From NCBI GenBank assembly GCA_004556965.1, contig SFFE01000011.1, positions 6,394 to 38,393 on the forward strand: a stretch of 32,000 nt of DNA, written 5' to 3'. This document shows positions 8,330-16,903 of the stretch, in pieces. The notes under the pieces are model-generated. The model worked only from the letters and a program-made list of their open reading frames with translations. It was not told the origin of the DNA and did no database searches. How positions within the stretch are numbered: the stretch's first letter is position 1; the number at the start of each line of letters is the position of its first letter. A program made the translations under genes and the position numbers. This DNA is from Clostridiales bacterium. GTDB lineage: Bacteria; Bacillota; Clostridia; Oscillospirales; Oscillospiraceae.

Positions 8330-8473
8330 GCCTTATCAAGAGTGGCGGAGGGACCGGCCCTGTGAAGCCCGGCAACCTGCATTTGCAAGGTGCCAAATCC
8401 GGCGGTGTAAATCGAAAGATGAGGGAATCACGACTTTCCATGCGCTCCGCCGGGACGGCGGGGCGCATTTTTT
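8330..8473 (+). promoter_or_regulatory. SAM-I (S-box) riboswitch with intrinsic terminator
   Basis: CTTATCAAGAGTGGCGGAGGGACCGGCCCTGTGAAGCCCGGCAACC...AAGGTGCCAAATCC...AAAGATGAGGG matches the S-box core. An 11-bp terminator stem at 8442-8466 is followed by T6. Confidence 0.93.
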
Positions 8474-8535
8474 GCGGGCGCGAACTCTGCGAGGCTTTTT
8501 GTGTAAAAACCAACGAAAGCGAGGATATGAATACT

Positions 8536-9732
8536 ATGGCACATCATCTGTTTACTTCGGAATCGGTCACGGAGGGACATCCGGACAAGATCTGCGACCA
8601 GATCTCCGACGCGGTGCTGGACGCGATTCTGGAAAAAGACCCGAACGGCCGCGTTGCCTGCGAATGCACGGTGACGACCGGCATCGTGAACGTCATGGGC
8701 GAGATCACGACCGACTGCTATGTGGACATCCCGAAAACCGTGCGGCAGGTCGTGCGCGAGATCGGCTATGACCGCGCGAAATACGGCTTTGACTGCGAGA
8801 CCTGCGCCGTCGTGACGAACATCGACGAGCAGAGCGGCGACATCGCGCTCGGCGTGGATCAGTCGCTGGAGAGCAAGGAGAGCGGCGACGCCGCGCTCGA
8901 CAACGGCGCGGGCGACCAGGGTATGATGTTCGGCTACGCCTGCGACGAGACCCCGGAGCTGATGCCGCTGCCGGTCTCCCTCGCGCACAAGATGGCCAAG
9001 CGGCTGGCCGAGGTGCGCAAGACGCAGCTCGTGGCCTATCTCCGTCCCGACGGCAAGACGCAGGTGACGGTGGAATACGACGAGCAGAACAAGCCCGTGC
9101 GCGTGCACACGGTGGTGCTCTCCACGCAGCATGCGCCGGAGCTGCCCATGGAGCAGCTTCGCCGCGAGATGATCGAGCTGGTCATCCGCCCCGTCATTCC
9201 TGCCGGGCTGCTGGATGAGAACACGCGCTATCTCATCAACCCCACCGGACGCTTCGTCGTGGGCGGCCCGTGCGCGGACTCCGGCCTGACCGGCAGAAAA
9301 ATCATCGTCGATACCTACGGCGGCAGCGCCCCGCACGGCGGCGGCGCGTTCTCCGGCAAGGACCCGACGAAGGTGGACCGCAGCGCGGCCTATGCCGCCC
9401 GCTACGTGGCGAAGAACATTGTCGCGGCAGGGCTTGCGTCCCGCTGCCTCGTGCAGCTTGCCTACGCCATCGGCGTGGCGGAGCCGGTGTCCGTCATGGT
9501 GGACACCGAGGGCACCGGCACGGTCGCCGACGAGACGCTCGCCGCGGCGGTGCAGCAGGTGTTCGATCTGCGCCCGACGGCGATCATCCGCGATCTCGAC
9601 CTGCGCCGCCCGATCTACCGCAAGCTCGCCGCCTACGGACACATGGGGCGCGAAGACCTCGGCGTCCGCTGGGAGGACACTGACCGCGTGGACGCGCTGA
9701 AAGCGGCCGTAAAAGGCGTCACCGTGTGCTGA
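8536..9732 (+). CDS. metK: S-adenosylmethionine synthetase
   Basis: [29 protein letters not shown]..., [28 protein letters not shown]. The track start at 8362 would run through the riboswitch. GAGGA lies 10 nt before ATG 8536. Confidence 0.97.
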   Translation: MAHHLFTSESVTEGHPDKICDQISDAVLDAILEKDPNGRVACECTVTTGIVNVMGEITTDCYVDIPKTVRQVVREIGYDRAKYGFDCETCAVVTNIDEQSGDIALGVDQSLESKESGDAALDNGAGDQGMMFGYACDETPELMPLPVSLAHKMAKRLAEVRKTQLVAYLRPDGKTQVTVEYDEQNKPVRVHTVVLSTQHAPELPMEQLRREMIELVIRPVIPAGLLDENTRYLINPTGRFVVGGPCADSGLTGRKIIVDTYGGSAPHGGGAFSGKDPTKVDRSAAYAARYVAKNIVAAGLASRCLVQLAYAIGVAEPVSVMVDTEGTGTVADETLAAAVQQVFDLRPTAIIRDLDLRRPIYRKLAAYGHMGREDLGVRWEDTDRVDALKAAVKGVTVC

Positions 9733-9772
9733 AACAGACTGCTGCACAGCCAAAAACTCCCGCTTTGCCGAG

Positions 9773-9801
9773 TTGACAAAATGGGAGTGTGTGCGTATAA
9801 T
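9773..9801 (+). promoter_or_regulatory. Perfect consensus sigma-A promoter with no downstream gene on this strand
   Basis: TTGACA (9773-9778), 17 nt spacer, TATAAT (9796-9801). Confidence 0.75.
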
Positions 9802-9807
9802 AAAAAC

Positions 9808-9905
9808 AGAAAAGGCGCTGCCGATAAGCGGTTTGGCCTAGTTACAGTTCAATAAGTATCAACCTAAGAAACCGTCACTTTGCCGAGTGGCGGTTTCTGC
9901 ATTTT
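9808..9905 (+). ncRNA. Candidate sRNA of about 98 nt, antisense to the 3' end of the 25-codon ORF
   Basis: Bounded by the consensus promoter and the hairpin at 9868-9897 plus TGCATTTT. It contains no ATG or SD. Confidence 0.5.
9868..9905. terminator. Hairpin shared by the convergent small transcripts (and probably metK)
   Basis: 11-bp stem GAAACCGTCAC/GTGGCGGTTTC (one G-U pair) with an 8-nt loop. T-rich sequence follows on both strands. Confidence 0.65.
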
Positions 9906-9952
9906 ACGATGATCGTAACCGTAAAGGCTCCGATATGTAACGTAATCCGCAT
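9875..9952 (-). CDS. 25-aa hydrophobic/cationic micro-ORF (MRITLHIGAFTVTIIVKCRNRHSAK), a candidate type I toxin
   Basis: ATG at 9952-9950, TGA at 9877-9875. SD GGGAGGGAGGTGA has a 7 nt spacer (GGAGG to ATG). It has its own promoter. It is below the track's size cutoff. Confidence 0.45.
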   Translation of the reverse strand: MRITLHIGAFTVTIIVKCRNRHSAK

Positions 9953-10029
9953 AGCCTCACCTCCCTCCCGGGAGATTGGCCGAACCGCCTACCGAATCTG
10001 GCAGCGCCTGCCCCGCATGGGGCATATTG

Positions 10030-10058
10030 ATTCTACACGTTACGCCATGATTTGTAAA
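10030..10058 (-). promoter_or_regulatory. Promoter for the micro-ORF transcript
   Basis: Minus strand reads TTTACA (10058-10053), 17 nt spacer, TG-n-TAGAAT (10035-10030). Confidence 0.7.
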
Positions 10059-10097
10059 TTACGGCCATTTCGGCAGAAGCTCTTGCCGGCAACCGAA

Positions 10098-10131
10098 CAA
10101 CTGCGCGCCCTCTTTCGGGGGCGCGCAGTTG
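10098..10131 (-). terminator. Terminator hairpin of the met operon
   Basis: 13-bp stem CAACTGCGCGCCC/GGGCGCGCAGTTG, 17 nt after the stop at 10148. The U-tract is weak. Confidence 0.5.
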
Positions 10132-10147
10132 CTGCTGTCTATGGAGA

Positions 10148-11908
10148 TTACAGCGCTTCGATGATCTTTTTGATGAGCTCCACGCGGCGGAAGGGGGTCA
10201 TGATGTACAGCCCGTCGGTATACGGCGTGATCTCCTGCGCGATGCGCGTCGAGATCGTGACGGCGAGCGCCTCGGCCTCGTCGCGGTCCTTGCCCGCATA
10301 GAGATCAATGATCTCTTCGCAGACGCGCATGCCGGAAATTTCGTTGTTCAAAAAGCATGCGTTGCGGTGGCTCACGACGGGGAAGATGCCGCCGAGCAGC
10401 TTGCCCTGCAGCGTTTCGCGGGCGCGCTTGAGATTTTCCAGCGCCTCGGCGGACAGCACCGGCTGCGTGAGGAAGCCGACAACGCCGTTTTCCTCCTTCT
10501 CCTGCGCGCGGCGCAGCTCAATGTCGAAGTTTTTGGCGTTGAGATCCAGCGCGCCGAACACACGGAACGGCGACGTAAGAACGGTGCTGTTCAGACTCGT
10601 GACATACCGCGCGAGCTTGCGGGAGTTGAAGTTGAACACGCTCTTGACCTCGTCGCGCTCCTCGGTGGGTATCGGGTCGCCTGTGACGAGCAGCACGTTG
10701 TGCACGCCTTCCATCGACAGTCCCAGCAGCAGCGCCTTCGTGGCGTTCAGGTTGCGGTCGCGGCAGGTCATGTGCGGCAGCGGCTCCATGCCCAGCTCGC
10801 GCTTGACTTTGCAGGCGAGCAGGCTGCTGTCGGCGCGGGGACGGCCGATCGGACAGTCGGCAAGGGTCACGGCGTCCGCGCCGCAGTCGCGCAGCGTCTT
10901 CACCGCGTCGAGGAAGTAACCGACATTGTCGTCCACCGGCGGGTCGAACTCCACGGCGATGACGCGCTTGCCGGCACTGAGCTTGTCCCAGAACGGGTTT
11001 GGCTTCGGCGCTTCCGGCTGCTGCTGTGCGGCGCGCTTGCGCACGTGCGCCTGTGCGGGAGAAAACCGCGCGAGCGTGGCGGTCATCTGCGCGATGTGCT
11101 CCGGCGTAGTGCCGCAGCAGCCGCCCACGATGGCGGCGCCGGTCTCCGCGATCTGGAGCATCTTGCCCGCGAAATAGTCCGGCTTGCCGTGATAGACGGT
11201 CTGGTGGCCGACCACGGAGGGATACCCGGCGTTCGGCATGACCGAGACGATGACGCCCTGTATGTCCAGCGTGCGCAGCAGCTCCAGCAGGTGATGCGGG
11301 CCGGAGTAGCAGTTGAAGCCGACGGCGTCCACCTCCGGGATGGCGGCGGTGCTCTGGAACAGCTCCTGCCCCAGACGCCCCTCGCGCGTGGCTCCGTCCG
11401 AGCCGACGGCGTAGGAGACGATCAAAAATGCCTCCGGGCAGCGCTCCTTCAGATAGCACGCCAGTTCCGCAATGCCCTCGTCCGACGGCAGTGTTTCCGC
11501 GAGAAAGTGCGTCACGCCCTGCTTCAGAAACAGATCGACCTCGCGGCGATAGGTCTCGGCGGGCGGCATCGGCAGACCCTGCGGCGCGGGGCCGAGATCG
11601 GCGAACACATACGCGCCGTAAGGCCCGGCGGCCTCAGACGCCAGGCGGCACCCGGCGGCGATGATCGCTTCGCCCAGCTCCGGACGCCCCTGCGCCAGAT
11701 CGACCCCGGCGGAGAAGGTGTTCGTCTTGATTGCCTGACAGCCCGCGGCGAGATACGCGCGGTGAATGGCGAGAATTTCGTCCGGATGCTCCAGATTCGC
11801 GTTTTCGCAGCGCATCTGCGCCCGGCCGGGCAGGGAGGCATAATACGTGCCCATCGCGCCGTCAAAGGTCAACGGCTTTCCCAATGCTAAATACGTTCTG
11901 ATATCCAT
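10148..11908 (-). CDS. Bifunctional homocysteine S-methyltransferase / 5,10-methylenetetrahydrofolate reductase (YitJ-like)
   Basis: 586 aa. N-terminal Hcy-binding domain (FDGAMGT...GGCCGTTPEHI) and C-terminal MTHFR domain (VEFDPP...PHMTCRDRN...LLVTGD). Its ATG overlaps the metH stop (TAATG). Confidence 0.9.
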   Translation of the reverse strand: MDIRTYLALGKPLTFDGAMGTYYASLPGRAQMRCENANLEHPDEILAIHRAYLAAGCQAIKTNTFSAGVDLAQGRPELGEAIIAAGCRLASEAAGPYGAYVFADLGPAPQGLPMPPAETYRREVDLFLKQGVTHFLAETLPSDEGIAELACYLKERCPEAFLIVSYAVGSDGATREGRLGQELFQSTAAIPEVDAVGFNCYSGPHHLLELLRTLDIQGVIVSVMPNAGYPSVVGHQTVYHGKPDYFAGKMLQIAETGAAIVGGCCGTTPEHIAQMTATLARFSPAQAHVRKRAAQQQPEAPKPNPFWDKLSAGKRVIAVEFDPPVDDNVGYFLDAVKTLRDCGADAVTLADCPIGRPRADSSLLACKVKRELGMEPLPHMTCRDRNLNATKALLLGLSMEGVHNVLLVTGDPIPTEERDEVKSVFNFNSRKLARYVTSLNSTVLTSPFRVFGALDLNAKNFDIELRRAQEKEENGVVGFLTQPVLSAEALENLKRARETLQGKLLGGIFPVVSHRNACFLNNEISGMRVCEEIIDLYAGKDRDEAEALAVTISTRIAQEITPYTDGLYIMTPFRRVELIKKIIEAL

Positions 11909-14268
11909 TATCCCAACACCCTTCTGACGATCTCCACCGACTGGCGGGCGTCCTTTGCATAATAATCTGCGTGCATGTGCACGGCGTATTCCGGTGTGAC
12001 CACCGCGCCGCCCACAAACACGACCGGCGGCTCCGGCAGCGTGTGCAGCAGCCGGATGGTCTCCTCCATGGCGGGGAGGGTGGTGGTCATCAGCGCGGAG
12101 AGCCCCACGAGCCGGACGCCCTGCTCCTGCACGGTATTCAAAATCGTCTCCGGCGGCACGTCGCGCCCCAAATCGATCACGTCGTAGCCGTAGTTTTCCA
12201 GAACGGTTTTTACGATGTTTTTGCCGATGTCGTGAATGTCGCCCTGCACGGTGGCGATGACGAGCCTGCCCTTTTTCACCGGCGCGCCGCCCTTCCGGGC
12301 GATGGAGGTGCGAATCACCTCGAACACGGCCTGCGCCGCCTGCGCCGCGCTGAGCAGCTGCGGGAGGAAGAGCGTACCCTGCTCATAGCCCTCGCCGACT
12401 TTGTCGAGCGCGGGGATGAGCCGCCGCTCCACGAGCGAAAGCTCGTCCTCCTGCGCGAGCGCTTCTTTCGCAAGCCGCCCCGCGTCGGCGCGCAGGCCGC
12501 GCACAATGGCGTCGTCCAGCGTGAGGTTCCCGCTCCCGCCGGGGACGGGGGCGGTCGGCACCGGCGCGCCGGCAAAGCGGGCGATGTAGTCCCGGCATTC
12601 GCCGTCCTCGCCGGAGAGCACGCGGAATGCGGCCACGGCGTCCATCATTTCCCGCTGGTTGGGGTTGATGATCGGCAGCGTCAGCCCCGCGTACATGGCC
12701 TGCGTGAGGAAGCTCTGCGTGATGAGCGCGCGGTTCGGCAGGCCGAACGAGATGTTCGACACGCCCAGCACGGTCTGCAGCCCCAGCGCATCGTGCACGG
12801 TGCGCACCGCCCGCAGCGTCTCCGCCGCCTGCTCCTGCTGCGCCGAGACGGTCAGCGTCAGGCAGTCGATCCACACGTCCTCGTCCGGGATGCCGTGGGC
12901 GCGCGCAGCGGCCAGAATGCGTCTGGCAATGGTTACGCGCCCTTCGGCCGTCTGGGGGATGCCGTCTGCGTCGAGCGCGAGGCCGACGACGGCTGCGCCG
13001 TATTTTTTCACGATGGGCAGCACGCGCGCGAGCACCTCCGGGTTGCCGTTCACGGAGTTGACCGCGGCCTTGCCGTTATACACCCGCAGCCCTGCCTCCA
13101 GCGCGTCGGGGTTCGAGGAGTCGAGCTGCAGCGGGATGGACAGGGCGCTTTGCAGCGTCTTCACCACGCGCGGCAGCATGGCGACCTCGTCCACGCCGGG
13201 GTAGCCGACGTTTACGTCCAGAATGTCCGCGCCCGCGTCCTCCTGCTGGATGCCCACGTCCAGAATGTAGTCCAGGTCATTTTCCAGCAGCGCCTGCTGG
13301 AAGCGCTTTTTGCCGGTGGGGTTGATGCGCTCGCCGATCACGCGCACGCCGTCGATGCGCAGCGGCGTGACGGGCGTGCACACGAAGCTGGCGGCGTCGT
13401 ATGTGCGCTTGGCGGGCGTCTTGCCCGCAAGCACGGCGTTTAATTTCCGGATATACTCCGGCGAGGTGCCGCAGCAGCCGCCGAAGATGGTCACGCCCGC
13501 GTCCAGACACGGCAGAAGCGCTTCGGCGAACGCGTCCGGCCCCATGTCGTAGTGCCCGTCCACGGGGTCGGGCAGCCCGGCGTTGGGCTTGGCGATGACC
13601 GGCAGGCGCGTGCTGCGGCAAAGCTCCGCCAGCAGCGGTGCGAGCAGGTCGGGCCCCAGCGAGCAGTTGAGACCGATGGCGTCCGCGCCCAGCCCCTCCA
13701 GCGTGCGCGCCATGGAGGGGATGGTGCAGCCGGTGAAGGTGCGGCCGCTCGCTTCAAACGACATCGTGACGAACACGGGCAGCGCGGTGCGCTCCTTCAC
13801 GGCGAGCAGCGCGGCCTTCGTCTCGTACAGGTCGGTCATTGTTTCGATCACGGCGAGATCGGCGCCCGCCGCCGCGCCCGCCTCGGCGATTTCGCGGAAG
13901 AGATCATAGGCGTCCTCGAACGGGAGACTGCCCATCGGTTCGAGCAGCTCGCCGAACGGCCCGATGTCGAGCGCGACGAGCGCATCGGCTCCGGCGGCTT
14001 CGCGCGCGACGCGCACGGCGGCGCGGACGATCTCATCCACGCTGTGGCCGGTGCGCGCGAGCTTTTTGCGGTTCGCGCCGAAGGTGTTCGTGTAGATCAC
14101 CTGACTGCCCGCGTCGATGTAGGCGCGGTGCACCGAACGGATGAGGTCGGGCTCCGTCAGATTCAGCAGCTCCGGCTGGCCGCCGGGCGGCAGGCCGCGC
14201 TGCTGCAGGACGGTGCCCATGCCGCCATCGAGCATCAGGATCTTGTTTTGAAAATCAGCCAGTTGCAC
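11908..14268 (-). CDS. metH: Cobalamin-dependent methionine synthase lacking the C-terminal activation domain
   Basis: Hcy domain (LMLDGGMGT, GGCCGTSPEYI), pterin-binding domain, and B12 domain with the DIHDIGKNIV (DxHxxG) motif. GGGAGGAA lies 6 nt before GTG 14268. The track start at 14364 is unsupported. Confidence 0.9.
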   Translation of the reverse strand: MQLADFQNKILMLDGGMGTVLQQRGLPPGGQPELLNLTEPDLIRSVHRAYIDAGSQVIYTNTFGANRKKLARTGHSVDEIVRAAVRVAREAAGADALVALDIGPFGELLEPMGSLPFEDAYDLFREIAEAGAAAGADLAVIETMTDLYETKAALLAVKERTALPVFVTMSFEASGRTFTGCTIPSMARTLEGLGADAIGLNCSLGPDLLAPLLAELCRSTRLPVIAKPNAGLPDPVDGHYDMGPDAFAEALLPCLDAGVTIFGGCCGTSPEYIRKLNAVLAGKTPAKRTYDAASFVCTPVTPLRIDGVRVIGERINPTGKKRFQQALLENDLDYILDVGIQQEDAGADILDVNVGYPGVDEVAMLPRVVKTLQSALSIPLQLDSSNPDALEAGLRVYNGKAAVNSVNGNPEVLARVLPIVKKYGAAVVGLALDADGIPQTAEGRVTIARRILAAARAHGIPDEDVWIDCLTLTVSAQQEQAAETLRAVRTVHDALGLQTVLGVSNISFGLPNRALITQSFLTQAMYAGLTLPIINPNQREMMDAVAAFRVLSGEDGECRDYIARFAGAPVPTAPVPGGSGNLTLDDAIVRGLRADAGRLAKEALAQEDELSLVERRLIPALDKVGEGYEQGTLFLPQLLSAAQAAQAVFEVIRTSIARKGGAPVKKGRLVIATVQGDIHDIGKNIVKTVLENYGYDVIDLGRDVPPETILNTVQEQGVRLVGLSALMTTTLPAMEETIRLLHTLPEPPVVFVGGAVVTPEYAVHMHADYYAKDARQSVEIVRRVLG

Positions 14269-14917
14269 AGCTTGTTCCTCCCTTGCGCAGCGCGCAGGTT
14301 TGCCGCAGCGCGCAATAGGCGCAGCCGCGGATACGCGCCATTTGCGGCGCATCGGCCAAGCCAATCACGGCGGTGACGGTCTTGGCGGGGTTTAAGAGCA
14401 GGCTCTCCGTCACGGTCACGCCGAGACGGCGCTGCGCGTCGAGCGCGGCGCAGATGCCGGGCTGCAGCGTCAGCGGCAGGTCGCCGTAGCCGGGACTGAA
14501 ACGGTCGGTCAGGTAGCGCTCCGGAAAGCGCGTTTTCAGCTCCTGCTCGGCGGCGTCGCACCCGGCCTCGACCCACGCGCTGCCGCAGGCGTCGAGCATC
14601 ACGGCGCGCGACATGTCGCGCGCCTGCTGCGTGCGCAGCAGCGTGTCGAACTGCGCGCCGAGCGTGCACATGAGCAGCACGGCCTGATCGCACTGCGCCA
14701 GCATCCGCCGCGCGGTGCTGCCGGTGAGCGCCACGTCCGCGTCCGGAAGCAGCTCGGCGTGTTCTTCGTGCCGCAGCGGATAGACGCGGTAGATATAGCG
14801 CGGCCGGAGCGTCTGCATGAGCTGCCGCGCCACGTCCGCCATCTCCTGCCGCAGCGCGGCGGGCGCCTGCGCGCCCGCGCCCAGATAGCGCAGCGCTTCG
14901 TCGATGTTGAGCTGCAT
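14255..14917 (-). CDS. Stand-alone methionine synthase activation (AdoMet-binding) domain-like protein
   Basis: 220 aa. RFSPGYGDLPL motif and a Cys-rich C-terminus CAYCALRQTC. GGGAGG lies 7 nt before ATG 14917. It overlaps the metH start by 14 nt. Confidence 0.75.
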   Translation of the reverse strand: MQLNIDEALRYLGAGAQAPAALRQEMADVARQLMQTLRPRYIYRVYPLRHEEHAELLPDADVALTGSTARRMLAQCDQAVLLMCTLGAQFDTLLRTQQARDMSRAVMLDACGSAWVEAGCDAAEQELKTRFPERYLTDRFSPGYGDLPLTLQPGICAALDAQRRLGVTVTESLLLNPAKTVTAVIGLADAPQMARIRGCAYCALRQTCALRKGGTSCATG

Positions 14918-14951
14918 ACACACGCCTCCCGCGCAATATGTTATAAATGAA

Positions 14952-14980
14952 AGTATAGCATTTTGATAGGGAAATGTACA
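14952..14980 (-). promoter_or_regulatory. Probable promoter of the met operon (short leader, no riboswitch)
   Basis: Minus strand reads TGTACA, 17 nt spacer, TG-c-TATACT. Confidence 0.5.
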
Positions 14981-14996
14981 CCCTCTATTTTTTCGG

Positions 14997-15033
14997 GCGA
15001 AAAAAATTTCCCCGCCGGAAGGCGGGGAAATTT
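14997..15033 (-). terminator. Intrinsic terminator of the NlpC/P60 gene
   Basis: 13-bp stem AAATTTCCCCGCC/GGCGGGGAAATTT with a GGAA loop, followed by T7 on the minus strand. Confidence 0.75.
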
Positions 15034-15043
15034 GGATCACGAT

Positions 15044-16567
15044 TCAGTTGATGATGCGCTTGGCGCCCACATAGTGGGTCTGGTAGTAGGTCGAGTCGAG
15101 ATCGCTGATGACAACGGAGCCGGTGCCCGAAGAGCTGTGGATGAACTGGCTGCCGCTGATGAAGATGCCGACGTGGCCAATGCTCGAGCTGGAGCTGGAG
15201 AAGAAGACCAGATCGCCGGGCTGGAGGTCGGCCTTGTCCACATACGTGCCGTTGTTGTAGTAGATGCTGCTGGCCACGCGGCTCATGGAATAGCCGCAGA
15301 GCTTGTACACGTAGTTGACGAAGCCGGAGCAGTCGAAACCGGAGGGACTCATGCCGCCCCAGACATAGGGCGCGCCGAGGTATTTCTTGGCGGTGTCCAC
15401 GATGAGCTGGCCGCCGGTGCTGGAGGGCGTGTCCTCGCTGCCGGTGCTTCCGCCCGGATTGGAGGTCGTGACATAGGTGCTGTTGACGTAGCCGTTCACG
15501 CCGCCCAGAGTAACGGCGGTCCACTCGCCGCTGGTGCCGGTGATGGTCAGCGGGGTGCCGTTGTTATAGGTGCCGAGAATGGAGTAAGAGGTGCCCGGGC
15601 CGCTGCGCAGACGCACATCGTTGCCCTTGATGTAGCCGGCCGAGCTGCTCGACGGCGTGTCGCCGCCCGGCTTGGTGGTGGTCATGTAGTCCTTGCAGAC
15701 GTAGCCGCTCGTGCCGTTGTAGGTCACGGCGTACCAGTTGCCGCTCGAACCGGTGATGGTCATGGCCGTGCCGGTGTTGTAGGTGCCGAGAATGTTGCTC
15801 GTGGTGCTCGGGCCGGAGCGCAGGCGCACGGACGTACCGTTGATGTAGCCGGTCTGCTCGCTGCTGCCGGTCGAACCGGAGGCGACATAGTCGGAGTGCA
15901 TATAGCCGCTCACGCCGCCGATCGTTACCTTCGTCCAGTCGCCGCTGGTGCCTTCAATGGTCAGCGCGGTGCCGTTGCTGTAGGTGCCGAGAATGGCGTA
16001 GCCCGTGCCCGGGCCGCTGCGCAGGCGCACGTCGCTGCCCTTGACCGTGCCGGCGGTGCCGGAGGACGAGGAGGACGAGCCGCCGCCCGCCGCGCCGGAC
16101 AGGGACATGTAGTCCGACCGGACGTAGCCGGTGGCGCCGTTATAGCTCACCTGATACCAGTTGCCGTTCACGCCCGTGACTTCCATGGCCGTGCCGGAGC
16201 TGTAGGTGCCGAGAATCGAGCTGTCCGTCCCCGGGCCGGAGCGCATCCGGACGTAGGAGGCGTTGATCGTGCCCGTGCCGAAGCTGCCGCTCAGCTCGTT
16301 GGAGAAGCTCAGATAGTCGGAAGATATGTATCCGGTAGTGCCGTTGTAGACGACCTTGGACCAGCCGTTGCCGGATTCGGAAGACACCACAACCTTCGCG
16401 CCTGCGGGCAGCGTCGAAATGATGCTGTAGCCCGTGCTGGGCCCCGTGCGGAAGTTGACTGCGGTTGTCGTCGTCGCGCCGCCGGTCGAGATCGCGCCCG
16501 CGGTCGCCGCGAGCATGACCACGCACAGCACCGCGGCCAGCGCCGTTCGATACCATCGTTTCGTCAT
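15044..16567 (-). CDS. Secreted cell-wall hydrolase with five SH3b repeats and a C-terminal NlpC/P60 domain
   Basis: 507 aa. N-terminal signal/anchor. Five repeats of VRLRSGPGT.Y.ILGTY..GT...I.G..G.W..V...G..GY. P60 catalytic region YVWGG..PSGFDCSGFV ... GHVGIF. Confidence 0.92.
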   Translation of the reverse strand: MTKRWYRTALAAVLCVVMLAATAGAISTGGATTTTAVNFRTGPSTGYSIISTLPAGAKVVVSSESGNGWSKVVYNGTTGYISSDYLSFSNELSGSFGTGTINASYVRMRSGPGTDSSILGTYSSGTAMEVTGVNGNWYQVSYNGATGYVRSDYMSLSGAAGGGSSSSSSGTAGTVKGSDVRLRSGPGTGYAILGTYSNGTALTIEGTSGDWTKVTIGGVSGYMHSDYVASGSTGSSEQTGYINGTSVRLRSGPSTTSNILGTYNTGTAMTITGSSGNWYAVTYNGTSGYVCKDYMTTTKPGGDTPSSSSAGYIKGNDVRLRSGPGTSYSILGTYNNGTPLTITGTSGEWTAVTLGGVNGYVNSTYVTTSNPGGSTGSEDTPSSTGGQLIVDTAKKYLGAPYVWGGMSPSGFDCSGFVNYVYKLCGYSMSRVASSIYYNNGTYVDKADLQPGDLVFFSSSSSSIGHVGIFISGSQFIHSSSGTGSVVISDLDSTYYQTHYVGAKRIIN

Positions 16568-16581
16568 AGAATCATCCTTTG

Positions 16582-16872
16582 CTATTTTGCTGCAAGCGCG
16601 CGGTCCAGCCAGACTGCCGCCACGTCCATGGCGCTGTACAGTCCGTCCTTTTCTGTCTTTTTAACCACGCGGTCGCGCGATTTGAGATCCGGGTCCGTCA
16701 GCTGCAGCTGCACGGATACCCGTGTCGCCACGTCCATGTCCTTGACCTTTTTCGTGTCAAGGATCTGGAGCATGATGATATACTTGTCAGCCATGCTGCC
16801 GAAGTAAATGAGATTGTCTTTTCTTCTGAGCGGATGGCCTTTGTACTCCAGCTCGGTGGATTTTGCTGCCAA
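16582..16872 (-). CDS. Hypothetical 96-aa protein co-transcribed with the NlpC/P60 hydrolase
   Basis: GGAGG lies 7 nt before TTG 16872. The track's GTG 16881 sits inside the SD. The gap to the next gene is 14 nt. I recognise no family. Confidence 0.6.
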   Translation of the reverse strand: MAAKSTELEYKGHPLRRKDNLIYFGSMADKYIIMLQILDTKKVKDMDVATRVSVQLQLTDPDLKSRDRVVKKTEKDGLYSAMDVAAVWLDRALAAK

Positions 16873-16903
16873 ATGAAACACCTCCGATTGTTGCTGTTAC
16901 CGA

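Noticed and set aside
8362-8535. N-terminal extension of metK in the track (start at 8362)
   Set aside because: It would translate through the SAM-I riboswitch and its terminator. The conserved MetK N-terminus begins at ATG 8536.
9909-10301. 130-aa + ORF in the metK/met-operon intergenic region
   Set aside because: It has no SD. It runs through a terminator hairpin and into the 3' end of the minus-strand MTHFR gene. The minus-strand 25-codon ORF with a strong SD explains the region better.
14918-15040. Upstream extension of the activation-domain protein (track start 15040) and of metH (track start 14364)
   Set aside because: The extensions cross a terminator and promoter region (15040) or lack an SD (14364). 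Internal starts at 14917 and 14268 have GGGAGG-type SDs at correct spacing.
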